Notes: generated by a model not told the origin, from the letters alone. Shown: positions 16,454-45,782, counted from the first letter of the stretch. The stretch is DNA of 64,000 bases from Auanema rhodensis (GCA_964057225.1 OZ059895.1:6696001-6760000), one strand, 5' to 3'. Program-made: numbers and translations.

Positions 16454-17751
16454 TTTGCTGAAGATTATAAAAACGGGCTTTTTATTGAAATTTATTTGAA
16501 GTGTAAAATGTATTATAGCTGAATTTGAATTAGTTTTACCGATGTGATCATAATATTAGAATCTATGTCATTGAGGTCTCTACGGTTTCTAATGCGTGGT
16601 CTTACGATTTATTCATATTATTACAATATATCCGCGATTCTGTACTTAAAATACTGATTTTAAAATGAAAAATGCTTTTAAAGATAAAGTTTTAAAATGT
16701 ATGCTTTTTAATTCAGATGTTCAATTAAAATTACGGTAAGATTCCGTATATACTACATCATTTTGAATCTATACAGCGCATTTCATTGTCAGGAGCGGAC
16801 GGTCCCTTCTCAAAGCATTTAGGGCGTTTTTATTAGTTGTTAGTTCAAGAACCAATTCCCAAGACCTCGATTTTGATTTTCTTAGAAAAAAGTAGCGCAT
16901 ATAGGTCCCTTTCAGTAGTTGGCGAACGATTGTGTTGATTGAATTTCGCCCAATATTTGAGTTCTATTTGCAACTTTAGTATGCATCATCGAACAGTAGT
17001 GAGTGTGAGAGAGAAAACTGTTTCAAATAAGAGAATATTAATCGTCTGATCGGCACTTATACTCTCTGATATACTGAGGAACTTTCATTCATTCCAAGAT
17101 GATTTGTTGAAATTGACTAATGACAGCAAATGTTACCCATTAAAGCGTTGTATTTAAAGTTCAAGAAATTCGTGGAAAGAAAAGTGAATGTAATAATAGC
17201 TAACTGAAAGTTACATTTACAAAATGGGGTCGTCTGACAATCCGTTGTACTGATCTGCTGTGCTATAGCTTTCCTTATTAATCTATTTCGAACATTAAAA
17301 AAACTATTAAAAATGGTAGTTCGAAGTGTATTAGACATCTTCATGATCATGATCTTTGTTCGTATTAGGAAATAAAACAGTGTTGATTGATCGGCCCTAA
17401 ATAGGAAAGCAAGAAATACTTTTTTTAAAATTTTTACAACCAAAAACTACTTTAATTCCACTATTATGTTGTTTTTGGCAGCCTATTCTCAACATTGAAC
17501 ACAGATCAACAAACAGTAAAAATGTGTGGTGTAAGCTTAACAGGATTAACATAGTTATCAAAAACTCACGTGCTCATTTTATTTTATTATGTATGAAGAA
17601 TCGCTTGTGGCTAATTTTCTAGAAAGCATGCGCTAGTCATACATAATATTTGAAACTTTTCATAAAACTTGATTGTATTTACTAAGTTTCTGACCAATGT
17701 TTTATATTTTAAGACGACTGGGAATTATTCGAGGAAAAAAGTACAGCTAAG

Positions 17752-20595
17752 ATGAATTCATTATCGAATTGGACACTTATGTTGCTCAAACCGGACATCG
17801 TTTCTCATCCTTTACTTCTAAAGGTGCGATTTTTTGTATTTCTTATTGAAAACTGGTATACGGGAAGTTTGTGTTTTATTTGTAAGAAAAGGCGTAAAAG
17901 TTTATTCATATTGAGTCATTTTGTCAGTCCCTAGTTCTTAATTTATGACTACTTAATTGTCAGGAGTTCTCATTGCTATTGACACTCCTCCCCCTCTCAT
18001 CTCTCGGTCTTATTCCTTGTATCTCTCCAGTATTTTGGTCTTCCATTTCGTTTCCATTACATCGCGGGGATAGGGTATTCATAATAATACAAGGTATTGC
18101 ACCTTTAATCCGTAACTGATACGTGCGAGAAAACGAAGAGACAACAACGTGAAAGAGGCAAATTTAGGGAAATTTATGATTAAAATATACGAATAGTAGA
18201 ATAAAATTGGTTCATACACTGTATTGATATATTTGTGTTCATCTTTTAGCTTTAAATACAGAAGATAGATATAAATGCCCTTACTCAGAAGTGATACTTC
18301 CATTTTTTTTCAATGTGTGTTTTGTTCGGCGAAAAAGTATCCTTCATCCACATACTTGCTGCATAGTTTTAGTTGCTTGCTTATACTCACACCATATAGA
18401 GATGCTCGAGGGTCGTGTGAATACACTTGTTAAAATGAAGTAACGTATCTACCTTTTGTATGAAGTGAATTTTATTGTTGACCAGAAATCTACAAATAAT
18501 TCTTTCTCCGGAATTCAAGAAAATTTTAAATTGTCGAAAGTTCCCTAATCCTATTAAATCCCATATCCCTATTTAGTATGAAGTCTGTCAACTTCATGGT
18601 CGTCGCGCTGTGATGCTCATCAATTGCGATTATCTGGGTCAGACCGACTTTCCATGGATAGATTGAAAAGATGACGAACGAGAGAGACACTATGCTGAAG
18701 GCTAACAAATGAGAGAGTAGAGATTTAAAGGGAATGAGACGAAGAGAAGACATAAAGTATGATGAAAAATATTTTGTCTCTTTTTCTCTCATTCCCTCTG
18801 TCTCTTTCGAATATTCCGTTTTCGGCATTGAACTGTATGTATGTATGTATACGTACGTATATGTATGACCCGGGGCTCTCAGCAACTTCGTTTCATCTTG
18901 GTCATTGTTATTATTGGTAAAATAGAAGGATCGATAGATGAACGACTGTAGAATTTGATGGACGGTCCCTAACGTTGTCATGCGAATGAAATTGCGATTC
19001 GTTCTCTCGTGTGTCCGTTTTGCCGATCTCCTTTTTTCCACAGTCTCTGTTTCTTTCTATTCTTTAATGACGAAGCACCCCTGGATGAGGATGATTGGAT
19101 TCGGGTCGCTCATCATCTGGGTCAGCAATTTGTCTGGTCTTCTCTTACCTTTCGTTTTGAAAAGTCGCTCAGTATCTAAGGGCACTCTTTTTGCTTGTTA
19201 TCGGCTAGCGAAGCGATTAATAGCTCGTTGCAGTTGGTTGATTCGAGTGTTCGTGACCTTGCGTTGTCCGGGAATTTCTTCCGTTTTTGCATATGCATAC
19301 CCAGGTTTAAACACTTTCAATTAGTTGAACAATGTAGTAAGTCAAGCAGGTATACGGTTTGGTTTGATTGGAAAACGAAGTTTAAGGAAATGGTAGACGA
19401 AGAATTGAAGAGTATATGATAAGTTATTCTGGAGTTAGAAAATAGAGGCATTATCATAAAAGATTGGCCCAGCTTTCTATCAACCGTTCAAGAATGGGAA
19501 AAACCTGTTTCTTGATCATTAAAGAACTAAACTCTTTGCTTACCCTTCAAAGCAAAAAACGAACGTTCTAGCCTCAAAATAGAATTACTTATTTTCTTTT
19601 ATATTAGCTGTTGTTCTGTTTTTGTTGTATTTACCTTGATTTTGCTCTCTTCTCTATTTTCCAATAGTGGAAGCTGTTTACTGTGTGACCGTTGTATTCA
19701 GTTAAAGAATTCCCGAAATGTTGTTATATGAATGAATGACAATAATGAAAGAAACGTAGAAATCAGCTGTGGGTTGGTGGACTATATTGAAGATGAAGCA
19801 GCAAAACCATCAACAGGCGATAATAGGTGGAGTGGAGAGGTTGTTTCTTGACGTTGTAGCCATCAAGGAACAGGTCTTCAACAGACTTCTTTGGATAGTT
19901 TCTGGGTCTCTTGCATTGACCGTCGTTTTTTCCTTTTCTGCGCTACATCCTTTCACTTAATAGCTGAAGCATAAACTTCTGTGCTTGCTGAAGTTGGTCT
20001 CGATTCGAAAACAAGGAACTTCTGATCACGCATGAAAGCATAAGGGATATTCTTCTAGTTAAGCTTGGCATCTTGCCTTCCAAAAAACTGATTTTGACAG
20101 ATCTTGTATAGATGTTATGATAATTCATGTGATCATCAGTATGATTCTTATCAATAGGACGAGTACATCGAGATCATCGGTTTCTGTTTATGATGAATCA
20201 TGTGTACACAGTAAGAACAATCACAATAACTTCTGTTTTTCTCTCGTTACATGTTTTCTCTGTTGAACAGTTTCTCTTTACGTCTGGTACTCTTTGTTTT
20301 CTTTCATTCGTATCCAAACATTTTGAATTCTCTAGGCAGAAGAGCATTTTATAATTGGTATACTGTAGACATTTATTTTCTATCGTTTATTGTATTCAAG
20401 AAATACTACGAATAACGGTATAACAAGGACGACAATCAGAGGGAAAAAAACAGTTATTGCCGTTTTGTTCTGCTATTTGAATTGCAATGAAGTGGGCTGT
20501 TCACCTGACGTTTGAGAGAGAGAGGGAGGGAGAGAGAGAGGGAAGGAGGGAGGGAGGGTGAGGGGGGTAGAGAAAGAGAGAGGGAGAAAGAGAGA

Positions 20596-20666
<71 letters not shown>

Positions 20667-20705
20667 AGAGAGAGAAGGAGAGAGAGAGAAGGAGAGAGAG
20701 AGAAG

Positions 20706-20737
<32 letters not shown>

Positions 20738-20771
20738 GAGAGAGTGGGAGAGAGAGAAGGAGAGAGAGAGA

Positions 20772-20837
<66 letters not shown>

Positions 20838-22089
20838 AGAGAGAGAAGGAGAGAGAGAGAAGGAGAGAGAGAGGGAGAAAGAGAAAGGTAGAGAAAAAAG
20901 GTTAAAGTTGAGCTTGTCTGGTTGGTTCAAATGCAAAGTTTTAATTTGAAGTTTTCGCAAGTTTGAATGTTAATCGTATTTGCTTTATAATTGGTATTGT
21001 GTGAAAGATAAAGTCAAATGGAGGTATTGGTTTTTCATGATTGCCCCCTGTCTTCTATTTTCGATTGAAAGTCCTTTTCAAAATAGCACCAAAAGTTACA
21101 AAAGCATCACGTGTTTGCACTTGGTTGAGGGCTGAAGCGAGACTCAAATAGACAGCCAAATTTGAGAGAATATAGAAGACAAGAGAACGAAACTGTGTCT
21201 CTCTTTCTCTTTCTCTTCTGCTTTTCATTTCTTTCCTTGTTCAGTTTTCATTTTTAATTGTGCTGCTCAAGCAACGGAGAGGCGATTGCGAAGGTCAGAA
21301 CTGCTTATTCTTCGTGACTGTTTGCTTAGTTCTTGCTGTTGTTGTAGTAGTTATTTTCTCTTTTGTCATCCTTACATCACGCCTAGAGACATGAACATGG
21401 AATGAAATTTTCATTAATTTTAAATAAGAACAGAAGCCATTGTACCTGAAATACTCGTGTAGAATAAGAAAACGATAAAATTAGACACACAACCCTTGTC
21501 GAAAAAAATATATTTATGTTGCTGCAATCTTTTACAGGCTCTTTTATCCGATATATTGGCAACTGGTATTGAAGTTGGTGGAGCTAATTTACTTCGTATG
21601 ACTCCTGAGATTGCAAAAAAGCTTTATGGCGCACATGAAGGTGTGTAAGATAGTTGATTTGGAATTGTATTGAATCTGGCAATCTAACTGTTGTACTATA
21701 TTTGATCATTTCAGGAAAATTCTTTTACCCTCGCCTTGTACGACATGTTTGTAGGTTTGTGCTTTCTTTAATATCATAATTATGTAGAAATAAATCATCC
21801 TGTACTTATAATGAATTACAGCGGACCTGTAATTGCAATGCGGGTCCGTGGTGACGTACGCTCAGTTTTGGGAAGTAGCCGATTATGGCCATTGCCAGTA
21901 GAAACGAATGATTCATCTCAACCATCGGCGCAGCCCACAATTCGTCAACGGTTCAGTCTATCTGACGTGCGCAATGTTGCTCATACATCGGATTCTGAAG
22001 TAGCTGAACGAGAACTATCCATATTCGAGCCATTTGTTGCTGCCGAACCATTGCTTGAAAAGATAATGTCTGAAGTTGTTCTTGTATGA
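17752..22089 (+). CDS. NME6: Nucleoside diphosphate kinase, NME6-like (4 exons; first intron 17824-21537)
   Basis: Exons give WTLMLLKPD..., LYGAHE|GKFFYPRLVRHVC|SGPVIAMRV...TIRQRFSLSDVRNVAHTSDS (NDPK phospho-His motif). Stop at 22087-22089; AATAAA at 22255-22260. Confidence 0.88.
20513..20895. repeat. ~380-bp compound (GA)n polypurine tract in NME6 intron 1
   Basis: Nearly pure A/G on the + strand with (GA)n runs and recurring GAAGGAGAG interruptions. It explains the spurious RE-rich and SL-rich ORFs. Confidence 0.95.
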
Positions 22090-24586
22090 AACATCCTTAT
22101 CTTGTGTTAGATAGTGATTCTTTGTCCAATAACTGATATGCGCAGATTGTCATATTTATGTAGATATTATATTTACCCTAAAGGCTAAGATTTTTTTTTT
22201 GCAAAGATTTTTTAAGCAAAATTAATTTATTATAATATTCAAATTATATAAAGAAATAAATATATTAGTAGTCTGAAATGTTATTCATTATAATTTACAT
22301 TTGAAGTATCTTTGGTATTCTTACGTATAGATTCAGAATCTGCTTCACCGTTGCACATTAATTGTAAGCAATCGGTTGGGTCCCCAAATCTATAGATTCT
22401 GTTTCGTAGTTGGGTGTGTTTGTCTCTATCAGTATTATCTTCCTTCTCTTTTCTTCTCGCGATCCTTCTCGTTCTCTCTCTCTCTCTCTCTCTCTTGTTT
22501 AATGATTATTTTTCTTTGAGCCTAGTTACCTTTTGAATATATCTGTCATAGTTCGCAGAACATACATTTGAGGGTTTACGTTCTCAAGCATAACGTTTGT
22601 CTCAATTTCATCTTAGTGTTGTGTGTGTATGTAGTTGATAGGAGTTATGAGCAGCATGCTCACGAGTTGGGGCTGTGTTTGTCGTCGTGTGGCTCGTATA
22701 GTACCCAATCGGCTTATCAGCTCGTTATGAAATCCGAAAACCACCTTCTTTCAATGGGTTGAAATATTGTGAATTTGCGATATATTTACATATATTAGTA
22801 GAAGTGAAAGCTTATGCTATACTGATTGGATCATGTGAACTTGTAAATAAAGACAAAGAAAAATATTTGATATTATTTATTTTATGTAAGAAAGGCAATA
22901 TGGTTGGATATAGCATTATCTGAGTTGAAATAACAGAAAACCAGTAACAACAACAACGACGTTTTCGTCCTTAGCTATTCGGTCTTCTGAATTTTCGAGC
23001 AGATAATGCTACATGTAGTATCACATAGTATGACAGTATATGTATGTACACATTGAATAGACATGAGTTAAGGACACTTAGTGTATATAATAATATAATA
23101 GAGATTAATAAAAATATATTATGCAGATTATTTTGTAATATCTGAAGAGATAGTACACGAGAGACGTAAAAAAACGATAATATAGAGGGAGAGAGAGAGA
23201 GAGAGAGAGAAGGTAAAAAGGATAGAGACAGAAGAATTCGACAGACATACGTGGGACGAAGAAGAGAAAGATTGTTGCGGAATCATCACAGTTTGAAGAA
23301 TACGGGCTATAATATTAAATAATTAAGTTTCAAATATATATATATTTGATAATATTACAAAAAGTGCTATATGAGGATCACGAAGAGGGGAATATTGTTT
23401 TATAGTATTTTATAAGATAACTATGTGACAGTGATTCCATGTAAGAAAATTATTCTCCGAATTATTAATTATATATATATATATATTTGTATATGTATAT
23501 ATCTTCTATAATATAGACTGTCTGACGTAGTACGACTAAACAGATTGAGGATATGCTAGTTATTGAAAGGGTGCAACGGGGTAGGAGAGGGAAATAGTAA
23601 AAGTGTTAAGTTATCAATATTAGGAATTTCATATGAAATAAGGAATAAAATGATATTTTATATATATAGATATCTTAACTAATAATTAAAATTGGAAAAA
23701 TAAACAGATATTAATGGAAACTACACTCTGTGTGCTCTAAAGTCAAGGAGGTAGCAAATGGTTGATGGTGTAACGAGCCTAGTGGAAATATCTCAGAAAG
23801 AAAAGCTGGGTATGCGACTGGCTAGAAGAAGGCACAGGAAAGCTGTATGTACGGAAAATATCGTTGAACGGTGAATTGATGAAAAACAACTATGTTCAAA
23901 CACAATTTAATTTTCATAAGAAAAAAAGGCATGAGGAAGACAACGGGAAGGGGGGCTTTTCAGGGAAAGATGGGAAAAAACAAGACCACAACGGAAATTG
24001 GCGCCTAACTTAAGGCTGAAAGAACTGTATTGCCAGTAACTAGGGCTATCGGCCGAAGACAGGCGTCCAAGCCGGCTAGCAGGCAGTGGTGGATGAGGGC
24101 TAGACTGTGTATGAAAGCACATATACATATAAGGGTGATGGTTAAGTTTCAGTTTTGTTTGACCAGTAGGGACCGTTTAAGCTTCCAGAAAATTCTGCGA
24201 GTGGCATTTGTTCTGGTTGTGCATCGGAAAGACGATAATCCGACTCCTATTCGAAGATTTTTGTCTACGGTCAGAACAATATCAGCTTCTTGAATAGAAA
24301 GAACAGAATAGAGAGAATTAAATAATTGGATGAAAATGAAACATTTGGTTTAGAACAACTACAAACGGAGAGACTAAGCCGGACGCGGTGGTTTGACTCG
24401 TGACACATAGAAGGGCACGGCCGATGAGATCAGTGGCAGAATAAACGAGCTGACGGTCTATGACGACGACGTTTTAAGAACTGAATCACACGTCGTCAAC
24501 AACAATAAAGTTGAATATTAATGAGAGGCATATAAGAGGAAGCTGATGATGAAGAGATTTCGAGAAAATTAACTGCTTCATCGTTA

Positions 24587-39604
<15,018 letters not shown>

Positions 39605-40275
39605 ATAAAGACCCACGTGGGCTTCACGTGGGTATCAAACAACCAACCAGTAAGACGAAAAGCGCTGGCTGGCGTCAAAGCGTTTATGCAAGACGCGAAA
39701 TTCGTAAGATGAAGAAACAGTGAAGAGCTGCTAGAAGATTTGCGGTACGCCGATGTACGTGATACGATTATGAATCTGACACGTGATTAGTTAGACGGCT
39801 CTCGAGAAACGATGAGAAAAATCTCGTTTCGAGGCACGCACTGGTTTGATGGCGTTCCGCTGCTCTGAAATTGGCTCAGTTGACGATAAAATAGCAGAAA
39901 GAGAGAGAATAAACGACATATGAACAAGAAACATTATAAAAGAGAGAACAAAAAAAAAACAAAAAAGATCAGGTAAAATGATGAGAGCATGAGAGGTTAA
40001 GGCGAAGTTTTGAAAACATTTTGAGATTGAGACCCGAGGTACAAAGCCTGAATGAAAGCCAAACACCGTGTGGACAGACTACGACGGTTTTTCGTGCAAT
40101 TCGCCAAATATAGATGGATAAGAAGGCGAGAGCAACGAGAAGAACGACGAGAAGAACGACGAGAAACAAACAAAGAAATCGTATAATGAAGAAGTCAATC
40201 ACGTCGAGACTAAGTAAAATGGTGAGACAGAGATGAAATGAACGAAGAGGAGAGATAAAGGGATAGAGAGAAAGT

Positions 40276-40278
<3 letters not shown>

Positions 40279-40350
<72 letters not shown>
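40279..40350. repeat. (GA)n microsatellite upstream of grh-1
   Basis: Seen directly in the sequence. Confidence 0.9.
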
Positions 40351-40685
40351 AATAAAATTAGAGAGGGAGATAGAAAGGGGAGGGGGACAGTACTGAAGGA
40401 TTACGAAGAGACAAGAGAAATCGAGTCGATCGCATGAACTGAGATGAACATGTGATGACAAGGGACTGAAGAGATGCTGGGGGAAATGGAGAAGCTACCA
40501 AGAAGCTAAAAGATGGGCCAATCGAATTGACACGATAACGTTGTTACGATATACTCAGCAAGATAGTCATCATCACTGGAATGATTTTCTATGGACAATA
40601 TCTCATAATGACGTCATCTTACTTGGAGACTAAGATGAAGGGGGGGAATAAAAATAAGTGATCGAAGACGGTTATTGCCAGTTTG

Positions 40686-40732
<47 letters not shown>

Positions 40733-43700
40733 GGCCCTCCCCCTATTTCTCTACCTTTAGTCTCTAGTGAGAAGGACACGTGACTGAGATGGACGAAGAC
40801 GGGAGTCGAAAGAGGCATTAGATAAATAGAAGAAAGATATGAGAGAAAGAGAAATAGAATTATTGGGAGAAAGGTAATAGAAGGTGAAAGAGGAAACTGT
40901 ATGAGAGGCACACGACTATGGGACTAACGACGACGAAGACGATCATCGGACGGTTTGAACAGAAGCGAATCGTCGGATGACAATGAAATTGAGCATCATG
41001 CAGCAGCTCAGTGGTGTTGAAATAACTAAGAGTATGTGAGAGTGGACGGTCAAATGGACAACAATCGGAAGAAGGCAAAGGTTGAAATGGTTAGAAAAAT
41101 GAACAACCACGACGACGACAACAATGAGATAACGACAGGACGAAACCAGGCGAAAAGGAACGATATATATATTTAGACGTTTTGAGTTGAGGGAATAGAC
41201 TGAGAAAAAGGTTGTTGCGACTGATTCCGAGGACACGAACAAAAAATTTGGTTAAAGCAAGTAATTGGTGAAAGCTTAGATAATAGGCTCGAGAGTATGG
41301 TGAATATAGATAAAACTAATGAGAGGAGCTAGACAATGTAGCAAGGTATACAGATATAATTTGCAGAGAAAAATAAACAAAAAATGGGAAAAGTGACAAA
41401 GACTATTCGAAGGAATGGAATTGAAAATGTGAAAAAAAAAACAAAGTTGTTGTACGTTGTAGTTGAGTATTAGCAGTAAAAGAGTAGTAGGGAATAGTAG
41501 TACTAGGTCGATTGTATGAAATTTGGGAGGAGGAGAGGTGATGGAATGAAATGGAATAGGAGAGGAAGAGGAGATGTATGGATCAGCGAAAAAGAGAGCG
41601 GTGAAAAGAAGATAGAGGTAGAAAGAGAGAGGGAAAGAGAAAAGGGTTGAAGAGTCGTTGGAGTTCAGGCCGACGACGTACGCAACACGCACAGTCCACA
41701 CACGCCGATGGTGCTATAAGAGAACTTTAAATTGTCTATATACGGTCAGTCGATTGGAATTGGAAAAGACAGAGAGAGAGAGGAGGGAAAGAAACCGAGA
41801 GATTGAGAGAGAAAGAGAACGAAATGGAGGATAAAGAAAGGCCAATCGGGTGATGGTATGGTCGTCGTTGTCGTTCTGGTGGTGAAGGTGGTGGGGTTGG
41901 TTGAATGAACGAACATGAAAAGAGAAAAGAGGTGGTTGGGAGGTAGAAGAGATGAAATGCGTGCAAGAGACAATGAGAGAGCGAGGGGCAATACATGGTC
42001 GGTTCCAATGAATATCGGTCGGCGTCGTCGGTCAGTCGGTCGGCGGTTGATCGGAGGCCGGAGAAGACGAAATGGGGACACACGACGACGATGTTGGTAG
42101 TGATGATGATGACAACGACGTCGATGTTATTCAGGAGGAAATGAAAGAGGAGTATGAGTATAACATTTGCATTATAACATTTGATATCCAGAGTGAATAG
42201 AAGGTTATACAGGCTTTACAGCAGAATTAAACCTTCAGATAATAAAATAACTGAAATATAAATTTATAGAAACGAAACAAGAAGTAAATGCCATACTATT
42301 TAGATTTTGTTAGTTTCTACATTTGACCTCAAGATGTTTTTCATATGAACACCAACGTCTACGAGCTTCAACCTTATTGTCGTGTCGTTCAGAAAAACAA
42401 AATAAAAGCAAAACAGACGATGAAGATGTTCATCATCATTGCTTCAGACACAAAGAAATTATAAAACAGAAGAAGCTAAATGGATTGTAATGAGTCACAT
42501 GGCGTACGCATGACATTGTCTTCAGTGTGTGCTTCTGAAGTAAATATTGTTGATTGGTGGATTGCTTAGATGACTCAAACTGTTGTTTCGTTCTGAACTG
42601 TCTAGCACTATCTCCCATGAATTCTATATAACCTTTTAGTAGTTCTTCTCGATAAATCGGAAGAATATTAAATTGTATGCGAAAATAGACTGTGATGCTT
42701 CATCATATTATTTTAACAATCAGAGCATTGAATCTTGTATTTTTGACAAACAGTCACACGTGGTATTGGTTGAGCTATACCGGTGCCGTTAGACAGAGAC
42801 GTAGTCAAGCGGTTGTCGTCAGAATGCGAGATTAGAGGGTCAACTGATGGCATAGTCAGTCGAACGTCGAACTGTCCTTCTTGACTGTGTTGCTTATTTT
42901 CTCATATTTCTTTTTTAAATTGTTTATGTAAAAGAAAAATTGATTTTGAAGTAAGGACTACGTGGCCTCAACAGATTCTTTCTCTACATCGTGTTTGGTG
43001 CGTTTTGTGAAATTCAGAACATATCCCCAATTGATGAAGATAGAGACAAAAATCATTAGCATTTCTGTTCTGTCTTCTCATCATTAACACAATCTCCTTC
43101 TTCAAACTTCAGCTGATTTTCATCGTCGTCATTTCTGATGATCTTCGTCATATTCATCATCTTCGTCGTCGTTTTCAGCGTTGTTGTTGCCTGTTGCTAT
43201 ATTCGGCCCAACCACATAGCGTCAGCAATGATGACGACGTCGTCGACACAACCGTCAGCAGCAGTAGTAGCAGCATCAGCAGCAGCTACCGTAATCCGAC
43301 ATTGGGGGAAGTGACGAATGACAGCAGCAGCAGTAGTTAGTAGTAGTTAGTAGTAGTAGCAGCAACAACGATCATACGGTGTTGGAGCATTCTTTCTCAT
43401 TCATTCGTTTCTCAGCCAGTCAAGTCATTCATTCGAACAATCAAACAATTCCTTCAACACTACCGTTAAAGCTATTATAATCGAGAACAACATCTGAAAT
43501 AAAAATTATAAAGGTATTGTGTCGTTCTTTGGAAGATGGCTATGGGTCTGTATATGTATATTCATGTAAAATGTGTGCATGTGTATCAAGTTAGAAATAA
43601 ACAAGCTTTCAGATGTAGATGATGATGTGAATATGTGTTAACTCTTACACCAGCATTACTCTCTTAATCTTATTTTGGTGATTGCATAAATGCTGTTATA

Positions 43701-45712
43701 AAAATAAGTAATGTTCAATCATAACTTATCGTATTCGATATGTTGGCAGTCATCCAGCAAATATAACTCTTTAGTATTTCAGGGATTGATGGTTCACTTG
43801 ATAATTTAGACGAAAGCAAGGGCAAAAACGTCAGAATAATTGTCGACAATATGAAGATTACCGGAAAGAGGTGTACGTGCTTTTTCTTAGACTCATGAGG
43901 ATGAGCGCTAGGTTAAATTATGCACAGTTGAAAATAGTATTTGAAATCGGGTTAGGAAAGAAACAGGTAGCTAACTGGCTAGTCATATCAACTAATAATG
44001 CTAGTAGCCTTGACCGGCTCGTGATGATCATAATGATGGTTTGAAGCGTATGATGTCATAAGCTGAGCATTTAAAATTCGGCAGTTAAAGCATATAGTAA
44101 AGATAATTGAGATATAAAATAGTATTAAAAGATTGAAAGAATAAGATATATGTGAAAAAAGTAATGCAGCATATTCCAATTGTGCATAAAAATGGAAAGA
44201 AACATAAGATACGAATAATAATAACTATTTAAATGGATTAATTAACTATATGATTTTATAAAATTATATAGATTATTCAGTAGTATTAGAATGAGTTTTT
44301 TATTTGTCTCTAACAATAGAGCAAATTATGTTTGCTGGAATTGTTATGAAGATGGAAGTTTTAGGTAAAACACTAGGGAAGGTTCTGCAATTTTAACCAA
44401 AAATTCCAAATTTATGATAGGGTAGACCGAAGCGAATAGGACTGAGTGTAACCGGAAAGGGGTTACATAAAAATACGAGATAATGAAGTCTCGAGTGCTT
44501 TGGCCAAGTCTAGGGTCAGGAAGGATCAGCAATCAGGATCGGATCCAAAGAGTGTGATGAACTTTAATAGAGAGAGAGAGGAGAAGAAAAAAGAAAAAAT
44601 GAGAGAAAAACGAGAAAAAGAAAAAAGAATATAGTTAAGAAGAGGACTAGTACTGACCAACTGGGACTGGCTTTAGAGTCTGTTACAAGAGAAGTAAGGG
44701 AAATTGTTAGAGAAAAACAGTCATGATAGTGAAATAGATACAGTAGAGATATATACAAAAAAATTATCGAGATAGTGGAAGAGGCTGAGAGGGGGAGCGA
44801 AAAATATGGAAAGAAAGAGAAGAGGGAAAAAGAGATTGAGAGAGTGGATACAAAAGAGAAGAAGAGAAAGAAAGAGAGGCAAGATATATATATATATATA
44901 TATATATAACTGTAAGAAATAGAATTGAAATGAGAGAAACCAAAGATACAAATAAAAAGAGAGAGAGAGGGTCCGAGTGTAAGAAAAAGAGAGAGAGGGT
45001 TGTCATCAGTCGGGTAAGGGGCGAGGTCTACTGGCTGCAAACTCGAAAAACCAGACTGGCCGGGGGCCCAACACGACGCGAAGGGGTGCTATGTGTATGC
45101 ATCGGACCGAGTAGGCGGTCCTGTAGGCGTGGTCTTAGACACAGTCGGATGACGATAGTCGGACGAGACAGAAACACACGACGACGTCGCGGACGATTGT
45201 CGCAACGACTTCGGGGCGGTCCCGACACGAACATCGTAAAGATAGCGATTCAGAGTTAATCATGAAGAGAATCCAGAGAAAGAATAAGAAAGAAATAGAA
45301 AGAGATGAGAAAAATGCGGTGATACCTAATATATATACATTCATAAGAAGATATATTTTAGAAATTGAACAGATGCAGTTAAGAATAAGAACATAATTTT
45401 TGAAACGAATGCTAATATTTAAACTGTGGACATTCTAAAAACAATCAAACAAAAAAAACATTTTGAATGTTCTTCTGAAGAAGAATACGGTACACGTGCC
45501 ATTTGCCTTGGGGTATTCATCATCATCTTTGGTTTAATTACCCAAGTTTGAGGTATTTTGATGATTCAACAAGGGTTACACCTGATGTTGAACTAAATTT
45601 TGGAAAGCTCACTATATGTGAGCAACATAGATATTTCATCTTTCTGAAGATTCTGAAGCTCGTCTATCTCTTGAATGGAAACGTTTATTGTTCAGAAAAT
45701 CTCAGTCTAGAG

Positions 45713-45782
45713 TTTTGAATGTTCTTCTGAACAGGAATACGGTGCACGTGCCATTTGCCTTGAGGTATTCATCTTCATCTTT
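45713..45782 (+). promoter_or_regulatory. Candidate snRNA-type (PSE/SNAPc) promoter region of the SL1 unit (copy 2 shown)
   Basis: Nearly invariant GAATACGGTGCACGTGCCATTTGCC at about -48 to -24 in all units. The array's left edge retains exactly 70 nt upstream of the first SL1. Function is inferred from position only. Confidence 0.45.

Noticed and set aside
20454-20960. Long RE-rich and SL-rich ORFs (also at 25221, 25283, 29978, 36329, 36467, 40210, 44564)
   Set aside because: They are translations of (GA)/(CT) microsatellites.
43440-43500. Minus-strand TTTCAG|ATG that could be an upstream grh-1 coding exon
   Set aside because: The frames I translated close within ~25 codons. It may be a non-coding or trans-spliced 5' exon, but this cannot be supported from sequence alone.
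45630-45782. 5S rRNA gene in the SL1 spacer
   Set aside because: The spacer is AT-rich with no resemblance to nematode 5S or its internal control boxes on either strand (by eye; cmsearch would be decisive).
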